Part shown: piece by piece, positions 28,431 to 39,145 of the stretch
Layout: the number at the start of each line of letters is the position of its first letter
How positions within the stretch are numbered: position 1 is the stretch's first letter
Assembly (NCBI GenBank): GCA_963827165.1
Contig: CAWGZR010000008.1
Coordinates: 1 to 49,798 of the forward strand
Length of the DNA: 49,798 nt
Direction: 5' to 3'
Origin: Candidatus Bathyarchaeota archaeon
GTDB taxonomy: Archaea > Thermoproteota > Bathyarchaeia > Bathyarchaeales > Bathycorpusculaceae
The notes under the pieces: model-generated
What the model saw: only the letters and a program-made list of their open reading frames with translations
What the model was told of the DNA's origin: nothing
The model's database searches: none
Made by a program: the position numbers and the translations under genes

Positions 28431-28841
28431 TTGTCAACAAAGCTCAAAGAAAAACAGGAAAAACTTGAAGCTCTAATAGCTAAAGTGGCGGAGGATGCGG
28501 CCAAGGGCAAACCTATAGTTGTTGAGGGCAAAAAAGATGCTCAAGCCTTGCATGAGTTAGGCATCGAAGGCAAAGTAGTAACTGTGAAAACAGGCGGCAA
28601 ATCCTTTCTTGAAGCAACCACGGAAATAGAAGAGCTGGGGGTTGGGGCGGTTGTTCTTTTTCTGGATTTTGACAGACGCGGCAAAGAGGGGACTTTGCGG
28701 TTGAAACGTGATTTGGAGTGTGCAAAAATAAAAGCTGACACACAGTTCTGGCGTGAGCTAGAGGCTTTAGTGGGTAGAGAAATTCAATGTATCGAAAGCT
28801 TACCTGCATATTTGGGCACCCTAAAACAAAAGTTAAACTAA
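28431..28841 (+). CDS. Small Toprim-domain protein
   Basis: IVVEGKKD and LDFDRRG Toprim acidic motifs; 5 nt after tyrS. Confidence 0.88.
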   Translation: MSTKLKEKQEKLEALIAKVAEDAAKGKPIVVEGKKDAQALHELGIEGKVVTVKTGGKSFLEATTEIEELGVGAVVLFLDFDRRGKEGTLRLKRDLECAKIKADTQFWRELEALVGREIQCIESLPAYLGTLKQKLN

Positions 28842-29005
28842 TGGATTTCCTCGCAGCGTGAGCAAATTGTTGCTAAGTCTTTGGTTCTAAGTTGCAGAAT
28901 CGCGAGACGCCTTTTTGGCTCTTCAAATTGGTCAAGAAACAGCATCGAAACTGTCAGCAGAATTCTTTTTATAAACCGTTAATATCCATGTAAATGGGAA
29001 TTTTT

Positions 29006-29584
29006 ATGCCTAAAAACCAAGTTTTAGAAGCTATTAAATCCAGACGGGCAATCCGCAGCTACGAGGACAAGCCCGTTCCTGAAACCGCAATCGAAACAAT
29101 GCTGGAAGCTGCAACTTACGCACCTACCGCCATCAATCTTCAACCGTGGAAATTCACGATCGTGGCAAGCAAAACAGAAATGAAGCGTCTCTCAGACATT
29201 GCAAAACCCACGTTGCTTCGAACCCTTCCTGACGCGGGCAACCCCGCATTAGCTGCCTTGAAAAAGAGCCTATCAGACCCCAAGTATAACGTTTTCTATG
29301 AAGCGCCGTTACTCATTTTTGTCTCAGCTGCTCCAAGCCGCTTCGGAGTCTACGATTGCACGATGGCTGCACAAAACATGATGCTGGCAGCTTACTCGTT
29401 GGGCATTGGAAGCTGTTGGATAGGAACCGCTGTAGGTTTGGCGAATGACCCGAAAATCAAGGCGGAACTCGGAATCCCAGATGACCATGAGGTCCACGCC
29501 GCAGTCATTTTCGGCTACCCAAAGAATGGGTTCCCCCAGTCGCCACCGAAGCATCCAGCTCAAGTTCTCAAGCGCATAGCTTAA
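29006..29584 (+). CDS. Nitroreductase family protein
   Basis: IKSRRAIRSY, APTAINLQPWKF, AAQNMMLAAYSLGIGSCWIG, FGYP; alternative ATG at 28994. Confidence 0.92.
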   Translation: MPKNQVLEAIKSRRAIRSYEDKPVPETAIETMLEAATYAPTAINLQPWKFTIVASKTEMKRLSDIAKPTLLRTLPDAGNPALAALKKSLSDPKYNVFYEAPLLIFVSAAPSRFGVYDCTMAAQNMMLAAYSLGIGSCWIGTAVGLANDPKIKAELGIPDDHEVHAAVIFGYPKNGFPQSPPKHPAQVLKRIA

Positions 29585-29594
29585 AGTGGTTTCC

Positions 29595-30338
29595 ATGGAT
29601 GTCAAAGGTAAAGTCGCCGTAGTTACAGGCGCATCAGGCGGCATCGGGTTAGCCGCCGCAAAATTGCTCTCGAGTAAAGGCGCTAAGCTGGCACTTGTTG
29701 CTCGTTCAAAAGAAAAACTTGAACGGCTCGCAAAAGAATTGCCCGAAGCCCTCGCAGTTCCCGCGGACATGTCCAATGTAGAAGACGTCAAAAGCATGAT
29801 GACAACGGCTCTGCAGCATTTCGGGAGGATAGATATCTTGGTTAATGTTGCGGGGCAAGGATACGATACACCTGTTGAAAAAACAGATTTCAAGATTTTT
29901 CACTACATTTTTGACGTAGACGTTGTCGGTCCATTAGCAGCCATGAAAGAAGTTATTCCCATCATGCGCAAACAGGGCGGCGGAGCAATAGTTAACGTGA
30001 GTTCGGGAACAGCTTTGATGATTCTCCCTGACAACGGACCTTACTCGGGTGTTAAGAAGGCGTTGGCTCACATTAGCTTGACAGCAAGGGCGGAGCTCGC
30101 AAAAGACAACATTATCGTTACCGTTGTCTACCCGTTTATTACGTCGACAGATTTCGAGAAGAACACGATTAAAGACGCGTCGTTGCAGGGACAGGAGGAA
30201 TCGCCTGAGGCGAAGGAAGCCTTCAGTAGGGCTGACACGCCTGAGTACGCGGCGCAGCGAATAGTCGCAGGTATCGAAAGCGGGGAAGCGGAAGTTTTCG
30301 CACATGACTGGATGAAGCCTACATTAAAACCGAGTTAA
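29595..30338 (+). CDS. SDR family NAD(P)-dependent oxidoreductase
   Basis: TGASGGIG, DILVNVAG, NVSSG, YSGVK (YxxxK). Confidence 0.92.
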   Translation: MDVKGKVAVVTGASGGIGLAAAKLLSSKGAKLALVARSKEKLERLAKELPEALAVPADMSNVEDVKSMMTTALQHFGRIDILVNVAGQGYDTPVEKTDFKIFHYIFDVDVVGPLAAMKEVIPIMRKQGGGAIVNVSSGTALMILPDNGPYSGVKKALAHISLTARAELAKDNIIVTVVYPFITSTDFEKNTIKDASLQGQEESPEAKEAFSRADTPEYAAQRIVAGIESGEAEVFAHDWMKPTLKPS

Positions 30339-30751
30339 GTCAAGAATTTTCTTCTAACATGAGGCAGCGACAAGTAGATAATAACGATTACGCTGTAGGC
30401 TATCTCTGTTGGTGCAGCAAAAGATGGAATACCTGGGATACTCGGTAAACCTAAAACAGTCAACGAATCCACCAAGATCACAAACAGAAGAACCCCGTAG
30501 GTTCCAACCCAACCTGCTTTTTTTCCTTGCCAAATGTAGTTTGCGAAAAAAAGAATCAAGCTGCCGAAAGCCATAGTGTAAACGTCGTAGGCTAAACTTC
30601 CTTGCTTATTGAGTATTTCAACGGCGAGAAGCCCAAGGCCGATAAGCAGATGGATCGTTCCAATCAGAAGTTGGGCAACTGTCAAGGTTAGGATTCCTAA
30701 GCTTCTGCCTTTGTATGAGATTGGAGGATGCTTGCTACTCATGCATATCAC
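30335..30751 (-). CDS. Hypothetical 4-TM membrane protein
   Basis: Four hydrophobic segments; ends YLSLPHVRRKF. Confidence 0.7.
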   Translation of the reverse strand: MICMSSKHPPISYKGRSLGILTLTVAQLLIGTIHLLIGLGLLAVEILNKQGSLAYDVYTMAFGSLILFFANYIWQGKKAGWVGTYGVLLFVILVDSLTVLGLPSIPGIPSFAAPTEIAYSVIVIIYLSLPHVRRKFLT

Positions 30752-30825
30752 CGTTAACCTTTTAGCATTACTAACTGCTAAATAGTCTTATAACCTTCGG
30801 AACCCATTTTGGGTTTGGTGGTTTC

Positions 30826-31293
30826 TTGGTTACTAAAATAGAGCGAGGCGCTCTTTCAACGTCGCTCTCGGTGCTTTTCGCCTTGTTTTTAGCCCAGTTT
30901 TTTATTGGGATGGCACTTAATCTTCTTGTTGCTTTCCCGACAAATCATTTTCCAGGCAACGGCGGCTCATTCACCGGTGCAATCGGATATGCTTTGACAG
31001 GCGGCAACTTGCTTTTAGCCAGTCACTTCATCGTCGACATGGGTGTGATCGCAGTCGGTGCAGTAAATCTGGCACTCGTTATTCATAAAAGCAACGTGTA
31101 CAGAATCCTGTCGTTGGTCAGCTTCATTTTCGTATTGTCCGCCTTCGTCAATGGAGCACGTTTTGTAGCGTCAAATTTCACAATTAACGGGATATCTTAC
31201 GGAATGGCAGGCGGGTTCATGGGAGCGTTTGTATTGTACTTCGTGATGGCTATGCTCATGTACCGGGACGTGGCTATCCAAACCGAACGTTAG
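30826..31293 (+). CDS. Hypothetical 4-TM membrane protein
   Basis: Hydrophobic ORF with QFFIGM and SHF motifs. Confidence 0.7.
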   Translation: MVTKIERGALSTSLSVLFALFLAQFFIGMALNLLVAFPTNHFPGNGGSFTGAIGYALTGGNLLLASHFIVDMGVIAVGAVNLALVIHKSNVYRILSLVSFIFVLSAFVNGARFVASNFTINGISYGMAGGFMGAFVLYFVMAMLMYRDVAIQTER

Positions 31294-31364
31294 AAGGAGC
31301 ACCGTGGATAGTCAAAGCTTATATTCAAACGCCAACAGAAACACCCCGCAAGGAAGCGCCCGCG

Positions 31365-32309
31365 TTGGAGTACGCTATCGAAACCAGCGATCTGACAAAA
31401 TGTTTCGGTTCCTTAACAGCCGTAAACAAACTCAACCTTAAAGTGAAGAAAAACACGATCCACGGTTTTTTGGGTCCAAATGGCGCAGGAAAAACCACAA
31501 CCATAAAAATCCTGGTTGGCCTTCTGAGACCAGACTCTGGTTCAGTTAAAGTTTTGGGACAAGAAGTCCGTGTGGACGACGCTGATTCTCGGCTAAACAT
31601 AGGTTACATGCCTGAGTTGCCCAAGTTTCCAAAGCATCTCAAAGGAGCCGAGCTGCTTGACATATACGGTCGGATGTATGGAATGAGCCAGCAGCAAAGG
31701 GCGGAGCAAGTTCCTAAACTTATTGAAATGGTGGGTTTAAAAGGCAGAGAAAACGATCTAATCGGAAAATACAGCAAAGGAATGCAACAACGGATCGGCA
31801 TCGCACAAGCGTTGCTTAGCAACCCTGAGCTAGTGGTTTTGGATGAGCCAAGCATCGGTTTAGACCCTGTTGGCATGGTGGAAGTTCGGGAGTTGGTGAA
31901 AGCTATTTCAAAAGAAGGCATGACTGTTTTCTTATCCTCTCACTTGCTTTTTGAGGTTGAGCAACTTTGTGACCATGTCACAATTATCAACAATGGATCG
32001 ATGCTGGTTTCCGATACTCCTCAGAATATTTCACATGCCCTTGGGCCAGCAATGATACATATTGATTTGGTTGACCTTTCCTCCCCTGTTATCGCCGCCG
32101 TTAAAGGCTTAGAATTTGTTTCGGGCACATGGAGGACAGACAACACTCTGTTGATTCAAGTAAACACTTACAACGATGTTAGAGCACAGGTTTCCCAGGC
32201 GGTCACAGGCGCAGGCGGCGTAATTGTGGGAATGAATCAGAAAAATGCTACTTTGGAAGACATTTTTATTCAGCTTATCAGCAAAGATAAGGAAGGAAAA
32301 CCGCAATGA
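31365..32309 (+). CDS. ABC transporter ATP-binding protein
   Basis: GPNGAGKTT, YSKGMQQR, LDEPSIGLDP, SSHLL. Confidence 0.93.
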   Translation: MEYAIETSDLTKCFGSLTAVNKLNLKVKKNTIHGFLGPNGAGKTTTIKILVGLLRPDSGSVKVLGQEVRVDDADSRLNIGYMPELPKFPKHLKGAELLDIYGRMYGMSQQQRAEQVPKLIEMVGLKGRENDLIGKYSKGMQQRIGIAQALLSNPELVVLDEPSIGLDPVGMVEVRELVKAISKEGMTVFLSSHLLFEVEQLCDHVTIINNGSMLVSDTPQNISHALGPAMIHIDLVDLSSPVIAAVKGLEFVSGTWRTDNTLLIQVNTYNDVRAQVSQAVTGAGGVIVGMNQKNATLEDIFIQLISKDKEGKPQ

Positions 32310-33256
32310 CAATAACGCAGAATCCAAAGAGGGAGCACCCAAGCTGGCTCACAAGGTTTTGGGCAATAGTGCGTTATGAGATGCTTTGGAATATTCGAAA
32401 GAAAAAATTCGTCCTCATACTGGCGCTTGTGTTTATCGTCTCTACGTTAATTCTTATATTGCCTCTTGCACTCAGTGCATCAAACGGCGAAAAGATAACT
32501 GCTAACCCAACTTACGCAATAACATTCGGCGGGTCGGGATTTCTCTATTTACTCTTGGCAATTGGAACAGCAGTAAACACGTTTTCAAGCGAATTCGAAA
32601 CCGGAAGCATTGTGCCTTTGGTGACTAAGCCTGTTTCGCGGACAATGATTTTCTTAGGTAAGCTTTTTGGAACCTTCATAATTCTGCTTATTTCATACGT
32701 TATTTTGTACGGTTACACAACTGTGGCTGCACTCGCCATCTACGGTCCGCAGAGCAACCTCCAGTATATGCCTGTTATTGTGATTGGAAGCCTCATTAGC
32801 ACCTTCATATGGGTAGCACTGCTTTTCGCCGTGGGCACGATCTCAAAAAACACAATTGTGACAGTGATAGCCGCTATAATTTTGTTTTTGGCTTTCTTCT
32901 TTTCAGCGCCAATTATTAACGAGTTCTCTGGACCTTCCCCCGCACTTAACTATTTTCCGGGCACAGGTGCCAGCGGCAACATATTAGGTACCAACATCAC
33001 CGTCGGTTCTGGCACCGATAACGTTGGCATCAACATCGTGAATTATGGACTCTATCCTTCGGCAAACGTAACTTATTACAAGTTAAACATCACCGCAGTG
33101 AGGGTGGGCGAACGCTCTATACCGACAGCGGGATTGGTTTATACTGAGCCGACTTCCTTGGTTGCGGCAAGAGCACTCTCTGTGGCTGCAGCTTACATCG
33201 CAGGCTTGCTGCTAGTAGCTTGGTTTGCATTCAAACGTTCACAAATAATGGATTAG
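32306..33256 (+). CDS. ABC-2 type permease
   Basis: SSEFETGSIVPLVTKPVSRTMIFLGK signature; about 6 TM; coupled to the ATPase. Confidence 0.88.
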   Translation: MTITQNPKREHPSWLTRFWAIVRYEMLWNIRKKKFVLILALVFIVSTLILILPLALSASNGEKITANPTYAITFGGSGFLYLLLAIGTAVNTFSSEFETGSIVPLVTKPVSRTMIFLGKLFGTFIILLISYVILYGYTTVAALAIYGPQSNLQYMPVIVIGSLISTFIWVALLFAVGTISKNTIVTVIAAIILFLAFFFSAPIINEFSGPSPALNYFPGTGASGNILGTNITVGSGTDNVGINIVNYGLYPSANVTYYKLNITAVRVGERSIPTAGLVYTEPTSLVAARALSVAAAYIAGLLLVAWFAFKRSQIMD

Positions 33257-33600
33257 GCAGGTTGGGTGCCGCTAAGCAATTTGCCCAGGGTTGCAACCAA
33301 CGCCGAGATGCGTTCATTTGTTCTGCCATAATCAGCCATGGCTGTTATTGTGGTTACGGGAGTTTCGGCTGTGACAACCATTTTCGTCGTTTTCTCATCT
33401 ACGGCTATTAGATCAATTTCAAGTTCTGAACCATAGGATAAGAAGGCGCCTTTAGTTTTGATTTTAGCGTGATGCGTGGCGACATCTGCCGTCTCGACTC
33501 TCCACTCCAGGTTTGCAATTGCTTTGGGGATTGCCTGCCAGATAGTATCAATGGGGTATGAGACTTCAAAAGTTTCTTTTCCTTCGCGCGTATAAGCCAT
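33253..33600 (-). CDS. Hypothetical soluble alpha/beta protein
   Basis: 115-aa ATG ORF with TTTAATAA upstream; no family recognised. Confidence 0.7.
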   Translation of the reverse strand: MAYTREGKETFEVSYPIDTIWQAIPKAIANLEWRVETADVATHHAKIKTKGAFLSYGSELEIDLIAVDEKTTKMVVTAETPVTTITAMADYGRTNERISALVATLGKLLSGTQPA

Positions 33601-33716
33601 AGTGATTCGCCTATTCGTTTATTCTTGGGGCTGCTTTTTATTAAAGGCACATGGTTCAGATTTTATTTTGAATTGTAATTTCGAAATCAGAGGTCTGAAG
33701 GAAGATCTTAAAAATT

Positions 33717-34154
33717 TTAAGCGCGAAGCGCCGCGTAGAGAAGAAAACCCAAAATTAACGAGGCGAACCAAAGGAAAGCGAGTGCGAACATAAGTCTCCT
33801 ATTTAACGCGCCAGAACATCTGAACTTAACGGGAACAACCATCAAAGGCGACAGAAGCCAAACACCCACAACCCAGACGCTCAAAAGCAAAGCTAAACCT
33901 CCCACCGAGCCATGTATCATCGCGAGGCTATAGGTAGTGCTGCTTAAACCACTCGAAACTTTGGAGAATGCTGAAGACATAACGGCAACAAATGAGACAA
34001 TATTCAAAACGACTACGGCTAACGTGATTTGAGCATGAGCCTTGATTTTCCGTTTGCGGATGAAAAGAATGCTGACGAAGAGCAAGACAAAGAGTGCAGT
34101 TTGAAATACAATGTTTACTTGGGCAACGAGAAGAGAAACCATCAGTCTCTCCAC
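33717..34154 (-). CDS. 4-TM membrane protein, DUF420-like
   Basis: IRKRKIKAH and MIHGSVG His residues in TM context; start may be ATG 34142. Confidence 0.65.
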   Translation of the reverse strand: MERLMVSLLVAQVNIVFQTALFVLLFVSILFIRKRKIKAHAQITLAVVVLNIVSFVAVMSSAFSKVSSGLSSTTYSLAMIHGSVGGLALLLSVWVVGVWLLSPLMVVPVKFRCSGALNRRLMFALAFLWFASLILGFLLYAALRA

Positions 34155-34264
34155 ATTAAATAAGGCGCGATTTTGTTATTAAGGATTACTTAAAATTTAA
34201 TAAAGCAAACAGCCGCTCCCATAAAGCAAAAACCTGAAAATAGGGCGCTTCAAAAGAGACACAA

Positions 34265-35542
34265 TTATTTTTTGATTAGCTCCATCAGTTTAGGCAGTAA
34301 TTCGGATCCACGATCAAGAGTGCCCAAGCTTCCTTTTGCGCATTCCTTCTCTGAGAACTTCAATGTTTTGCCGTCGCCTAGTTTGTTCCCCGAAATCAAA
34401 ATAGGTACAGGGGTGTCGCTGTGTACTTTAAGTGAGCAAGGCGTTGCGTGGTCTGCGGTTATGCAAATAAGGTTGTCCTTGAGTGAAATCTGCTTCAGCA
34501 GCGGCCCGAAAAAGTATTTGTCGATGGCTGCGATAATCTGCATTTTTAATACGCAGTTTCCGTCATGACCAGGTTCATCTGGACCTTTTAGGTGGATGTA
34601 GAAGCAGTCATGCTTAGGCAGCACGTCGAGCAGTGTTTTGACTCTTATCTCGCAGTCTTTCTGTAAGTTGCCTGAAGGGGGCGGAAGCAGCATTGAATCC
34701 ATCCCTGCCAGCTGCGCTATGCCTCTTTCAGCTTGCATATCTGCTAAGGCGGCGAAGTTGACGTGGTAATGCTCGTTGATGTTAAAAAATCTTGGAAGCA
34801 GGTGCCCAGCATCTCGGGTTAATACAACGTTGGCTTTGAGCTTGCCTTCTGCCGCGCGTTTTGTGTTTAATGGATGATTATCCCATAGCTTATGGGTTTT
34901 GTCGATAAACTCGTTAACAAGGGCAGCTGAAACTTTTGCGGCTTCAGTTTTGTCTGTGGGCTCGCAGGTTTTAAGAATCATTTCAACGTTTGTCTGCGCG
35001 ACGCCGATGCCGTTTACAACGATGTAGGCTGGGTCGCTGTTTGTTATGTTGCTTGAAAGAGGCTTCGCTCGACTTTTTATGAGAAGAACCGCCCTGTGAC
35101 CCAAGGTGTTTTTGAACTCAAAATCTGCAGGATAAGATTCAAGCGTAACTTCCTCGTTGGCGGCTCGGGTCAGCTCAGTGGCTTCTTCAGTGCTTAGGCT
35201 TCTTGCAACTCTGCGATCAATAATTGTTTTTCCTTGTCCTAATGTTGCAAAGTTGCATCTTAAAGCTAAATCGCCATCCTTCATTTTCAAGCCCGCTCCA
35301 GCTACTTCTATGACGCCTCTGCCAGTGCTGTATTTGAATGGGTCATAACCCAAAAGCGAGATGACAGCCACGTCGCTTTCAGGTGCAACGCCTTTCTTCA
35401 CCGTATACATCAAGCCTGTCTTGCCGCCGGCTGCCAACGCATTCATATTTGGAGTATCGGCTGCTTCCAGCGGTGTTTTGTTATCTAAGTCTTTGTTTGG
35501 TAAATCGCCCATTCCATCTATTGCAACATAAATCAACTTCAA
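34265..35542 (-). CDS. apgM: Cofactor-independent phosphoglycerate mutase (archaeal, alkaline phosphatase superfamily)
   Basis: IDGMGD, TPLEAADTPNMN, PESDVA, GRGVIE, RCNFAT, HLKGPDEPGHDG, TADHATP; GGAGGA precedes TTG 35542. Confidence 0.9.
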   Translation of the reverse strand: MKLIYVAIDGMGDLPNKDLDNKTPLEAADTPNMNALAAGGKTGLMYTVKKGVAPESDVAVISLLGYDPFKYSTGRGVIEVAGAGLKMKDGDLALRCNFATLGQGKTIIDRRVARSLSTEEATELTRAANEEVTLESYPADFEFKNTLGHRAVLLIKSRAKPLSSNITNSDPAYIVVNGIGVAQTNVEMILKTCEPTDKTEAAKVSAALVNEFIDKTHKLWDNHPLNTKRAAEGKLKANVVLTRDAGHLLPRFFNINEHYHVNFAALADMQAERGIAQLAGMDSMLLPPPSGNLQKDCEIRVKTLLDVLPKHDCFYIHLKGPDEPGHDGNCVLKMQIIAAIDKYFFGPLLKQISLKDNLICITADHATPCSLKVHSDTPVPILISGNKLGDGKTLKFSEKECAKGSLGTLDRGSELLPKLMELIKK

Positions 35543-35852
35543 CTGCCGATATTCCTCCAAGACATGGATAGCTCGGTTGCTAACCTCATTGTCATTTTGA
35601 TAAGTTAAACTTTATTCCAAAGAGAAAGCACTCAAACTGCTTAAAAAATCGTTCGCACATGATGCCCTGCAACCGCCTCTTTCAGTAAGAATTTTAGAAA
35701 CAAGTTTTAGCTTCTCACAGGCCCGAATGGCTTAATATCTTCTCTGTAGACGCGTTAGCATTTAACTAATGATCAAATATGAAGTGAACTATTTGGTCGT
35801 GATTTCACTCCATTATAAATCAGAATCGAACCTATAACAAGTAGAAAAGTTG

Positions 35853-36155
35853 TTAGCGAAACTGCCCCAAAATAAATGGTTGACCAATGCGTGATGGTAT
35901 AATCACTAGCAAGATAACAAAATAGGTTGCAACAAGAACGCCACCAGCGACCAACATTCGCTTGTTAAATGGCGAACTCGAACTCGGGCGATTTATCCCT
36001 GCACCAACCAGAATTAGTCCTACAAAAATTGCAATAAAAGCAGCGAAGAAAAAAGCATTCGGCAGAAAGTCTACTATAGAGATTATCAAGAATACAAAAC
36101 TGATTGTAAAAACCATTAAACCCCCAAAGAAAATTCTAATATCCATACTACTCAT
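35853..36155 (-). CDS. Small hypothetical 3-TM membrane protein
   Basis: 100-aa hydrophobic ATG ORF. Confidence 0.55.
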   Translation of the reverse strand: MSSMDIRIFFGGLMVFTISFVFLIISIVDFLPNAFFFAAFIAIFVGLILVGAGINRPSSSSPFNKRMLVAGGVLVATYFVILLVIIPSRIGQPFILGQFR

Positions 36156-36325
36156 CGCTAAAACATTCTTCGCTATTCAGATTTAAGGTTTAGTTATCGT
36201 GAAACTTAGCTTGTTCGCCCTTTTAATCACTTTCAAAATGGTCGCTACTGTGAACAATAACGTATTTTGTCTTTAACAGTCTCTCTTATGGTTAGGTCTT
36301 CTTCTTCGGGCTCTTTTAGGTGAGG

Positions 36326-37003
36326 TTATACTCGCAGAACAATGTTTTCAGCGTAACCCTTCAGTGACGCCGCAAAATCCTTTATGGTTTCAGGTGCGTA
36401 AGGATGAACTGCTTGCAACTTCTTATCTAATGTATCCGTAGGCACAAACTGCTGCAATGCTAAAGTGCAAGCGCCTTTTACTAACTCTCCAATTCCGCTT
36501 ATGTCTGGAGTAGCTACCAAATTGGGAACAACAGTTGTCCTGAACTCGTAGGGCACCTTGCCAGTTTTCAGCATTTCAATGCTCCTCATAAGTCCATCCG
36601 TGTTCTGTGCACCTAGGAGCTTGTATTTTTCCCTGCATGTCTTCACATCCATAGCGACGAAATCCACGCTTCCTAAGCATTCCTCAAGCACATTAGGGAA
36701 GAAACCGTTTGTATCTAACTTGACTGCGAAGCCGCGTTCCTTGAGTTTCGCAAGGAATTTGGGCAATTCTTTATGCATGCATGGTTCGCCACCGGTTATC
36801 ACGACGGCGTCAACGTATTTTTTGCGGCTCTCCAGGATTTCAATGGCGGCTGCTTCCTGCAGAAACGGAGGCTGCGGATCAACAGCTATGCGCCAGTTAT
36901 GGCAGAAGGGGCATCGAAGGTTGCAGCCTGGCGTAAACAGCACGCTGGCCACTTTATCAGGATAGTCAAGCAAACTTGTTTTCTGTATTCCGCTAAACTT
37001 CAT
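36326..37003 (-). CDS. nrdG: Anaerobic ribonucleotide reductase activating enzyme (radical SAM)
   Basis: GCNLRCPFCHN, ITGGEP, KLDTNG, YEFRTT; directly after nrdD. Confidence 0.93.
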   Translation of the reverse strand: MKFSGIQKTSLLDYPDKVASVLFTPGCNLRCPFCHNWRIAVDPQPPFLQEAAAIEILESRKKYVDAVVITGGEPCMHKELPKFLAKLKERGFAVKLDTNGFFPNVLEECLGSVDFVAMDVKTCREKYKLLGAQNTDGLMRSIEMLKTGKVPYEFRTTVVPNLVATPDISGIGELVKGACTLALQQFVPTDTLDKKLQAVHPYAPETIKDFAASLKGYAENIVLRV

Positions 37004-37018
37004 TTTTGTTACTCCTCT

Positions 37019-39145
37019 TTAACTGGTTAATGGCGCTGAAGTCACAACGGTTGATCGGTCGAATGTTTTGCGCATACCAAACTCTGCTTGTTTTCCATCG
37101 TTCCATTGATCAACTGGGCGTAGGTAACCGACTACTCTCGAGTAGACTTCGCAGTTTGCTCCGCATGTTGGACAAACTTTGTGTTCGCCGTTTGTGTAGC
37201 CGTGGGTTGGGCAAACGCTGAATGTTGGCGTCAACGTGAAGTATGGCAACTTTGAGTTCCAAGCTACTTTTTTGATTAACTCGGCAGCAGCCTTCCAAGA
37301 GTTAAGTCTCTCGCCAAGGAAAATGTGAAACACAGTGCCTCCAGTATAGAGCGTCTGCAAACTTTCCTGATGTTCCAGCGCTTCAAATAGGTCTCCAGCG
37401 AAATCAACTGGCAGCTGGGAAGAGTTCGTGTAGAATGGTTCCGCGTGGTCAGCCTGTACTTGTTTTTGGTTGGCGAATATGATGTCTTTGTAACGCCGTT
37501 TGTCTATGCGGGCGAGTCTGTAAGATGTGCCTTCAGCTGGTGTTGCCTCGAGGTTGTATATGCTACCGGTTTCTTCCTGGTAGTCTGCTAGGCGGTCGCG
37601 CATGAAACTTAGTATTTTAACGGCGAAGGCTTGTCCGTCACGTGATGCAATGTTTTGTCCCAGCAGGTTTATGATTGCTTCGTTGATGCCTACTATGCCT
37701 ATTGTGGAGAAGTGGTTCTTCCAGAATCTGTCGTGGCCCTCTTTCACATGGCGCAGGTAACGTCTTGAATATGGATATAAGCCGTTGTCTGTGAAGGCTT
37801 CAAGCACTTTACGCTTAATTTCTAGACTTGCTTTTGCAGTTTCCATTAGAGTTTCTAAACGTTCAAAGAACTCGTCTTCATCTTTAGACAAGTAGCCGAC
37901 TCTGGGCATGTTAAGAGTTACAACGCCAATACTGCCTGTTAACGGGTTAGCGCCGAAGAATCCGCCACCCCGTTTGCGTAACTCGCGGTTATCTATTCTT
38001 AAGCGGCAACACATGCTTCGAACATCTTCAGGTTTCATGTCGCTGTTTACAAAGTTCGAGAAGTATGGCACGCCGTACTTGGCTGTTACCTCGAAGATGG
38101 CTTGAGCTACTGACGAGTCCCAGTCGAAATCTTTAGTGACGTTGTATGTGGGAATTGGGAAGGTGAAAACTCTGCCTTTGGAGTCGCCTTGCCGCATGAC
38201 TTCTGCGAAGGCTAAATTGAACATCTCCATTTCTTTAGTCATGCTACCGTAGGTGTCTTGAGTTATCTTTCCGTTGAAGAGTACTGCCTCGTCTTTCATG
38301 AAGCCTGGCACAACCAAATCCAGAGTCAAATTCGTAAATGGCGTCTGGAAGCCTACCCGGGTCGGCACATTCATGTTAAAGAAGAATTCCTGCAGCGCCT
38401 GTTCGACATCTTTCTGTTGAAGATTGTCGTACTTTATGAATGGAGCAAGATACGTGTCAAAGTTGCTAAACGCCTGAGCCCCTGCCGCTTCACCCTGCAA
38501 CGTATAAAAGAAATTTACAACCTGGCCTAATGCCGTTCGGAAATGCTTCGCGGGTTTGCTCTCTATTTTACCTGATACGCCGCCAAATCCTGAAAGAAGC
38601 AGGTCGCCGATGTCCCAGCCGACGCAATAAGGTCCTAGGACTCCTAAGTCGTGAATGTGCAGGTCACCTGAAAAGTGAGCGCCAGCGATGTTTTCTGGAT
38701 AAATTCTTGAAATCCAGTACTTCGCAATTACTGTGGATGACAAATAATTGTTCAATCCCTGCAACGAGTAGCTCATGTTGCTGTTTTCTTTGACACGCCA
38801 ATCCTCAACCTCAAGGTATTGGTCAACCATGTCTGAAGAGCTCAGAAGAGCAGCCAATTCACGCATGTCACTGTGCTGTTTGCGGTACAAGATGTAGGCT
38901 TTCGCTGTTTGAGCATGCCCATTTTCGATTAAGCGTTTTTCAACAACATCCTGTACTTCCTCAACCGTTGGTACCCCGTCGTCACCGTAGGTTTTTTGGA
39001 GTTCCGCAACTACTTCTTCACTTACGCGTCTTGCTTGCTCTTTGTCTGTTCCTCCGCATGCCTTTGCCGCTTTCCAAATCGCGTTGGTTATGCGTTCTTG
39101 ATCGAAGGGTTCTAATTTACTATCACGTTTTAATACGAATTTCAA
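37019..39145 (-). CDS. nrdD: Class III (anaerobic) ribonucleoside-triphosphate reductase
   Basis: N-terminal ATP-cone, HIHDL, PYCVGW, RSMCCRL, EATPAE, YTGGT, CPTH..CPTC, YSRVVGYLRPV glycyl-radical loop. Confidence 0.96.
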   Translation of the reverse strand: MKFVLKRDSKLEPFDQERITNAIWKAAKACGGTDKEQARRVSEEVVAELQKTYGDDGVPTVEEVQDVVEKRLIENGHAQTAKAYILYRKQHSDMRELAALLSSSDMVDQYLEVEDWRVKENSNMSYSLQGLNNYLSSTVIAKYWISRIYPENIAGAHFSGDLHIHDLGVLGPYCVGWDIGDLLLSGFGGVSGKIESKPAKHFRTALGQVVNFFYTLQGEAAGAQAFSNFDTYLAPFIKYDNLQQKDVEQALQEFFFNMNVPTRVGFQTPFTNLTLDLVVPGFMKDEAVLFNGKITQDTYGSMTKEMEMFNLAFAEVMRQGDSKGRVFTFPIPTYNVTKDFDWDSSVAQAIFEVTAKYGVPYFSNFVNSDMKPEDVRSMCCRLRIDNRELRKRGGGFFGANPLTGSIGVVTLNMPRVGYLSKDEDEFFERLETLMETAKASLEIKRKVLEAFTDNGLYPYSRRYLRHVKEGHDRFWKNHFSTIGIVGINEAIINLLGQNIASRDGQAFAVKILSFMRDRLADYQEETGSIYNLEATPAEGTSYRLARIDKRRYKDIIFANQKQVQADHAEPFYTNSSQLPVDFAGDLFEALEHQESLQTLYTGGTVFHIFLGERLNSWKAAAELIKKVAWNSKLPYFTLTPTFSVCPTHGYTNGEHKVCPTCGANCEVYSRVVGYLRPVDQWNDGKQAEFGMRKTFDRSTVVTSAPLTS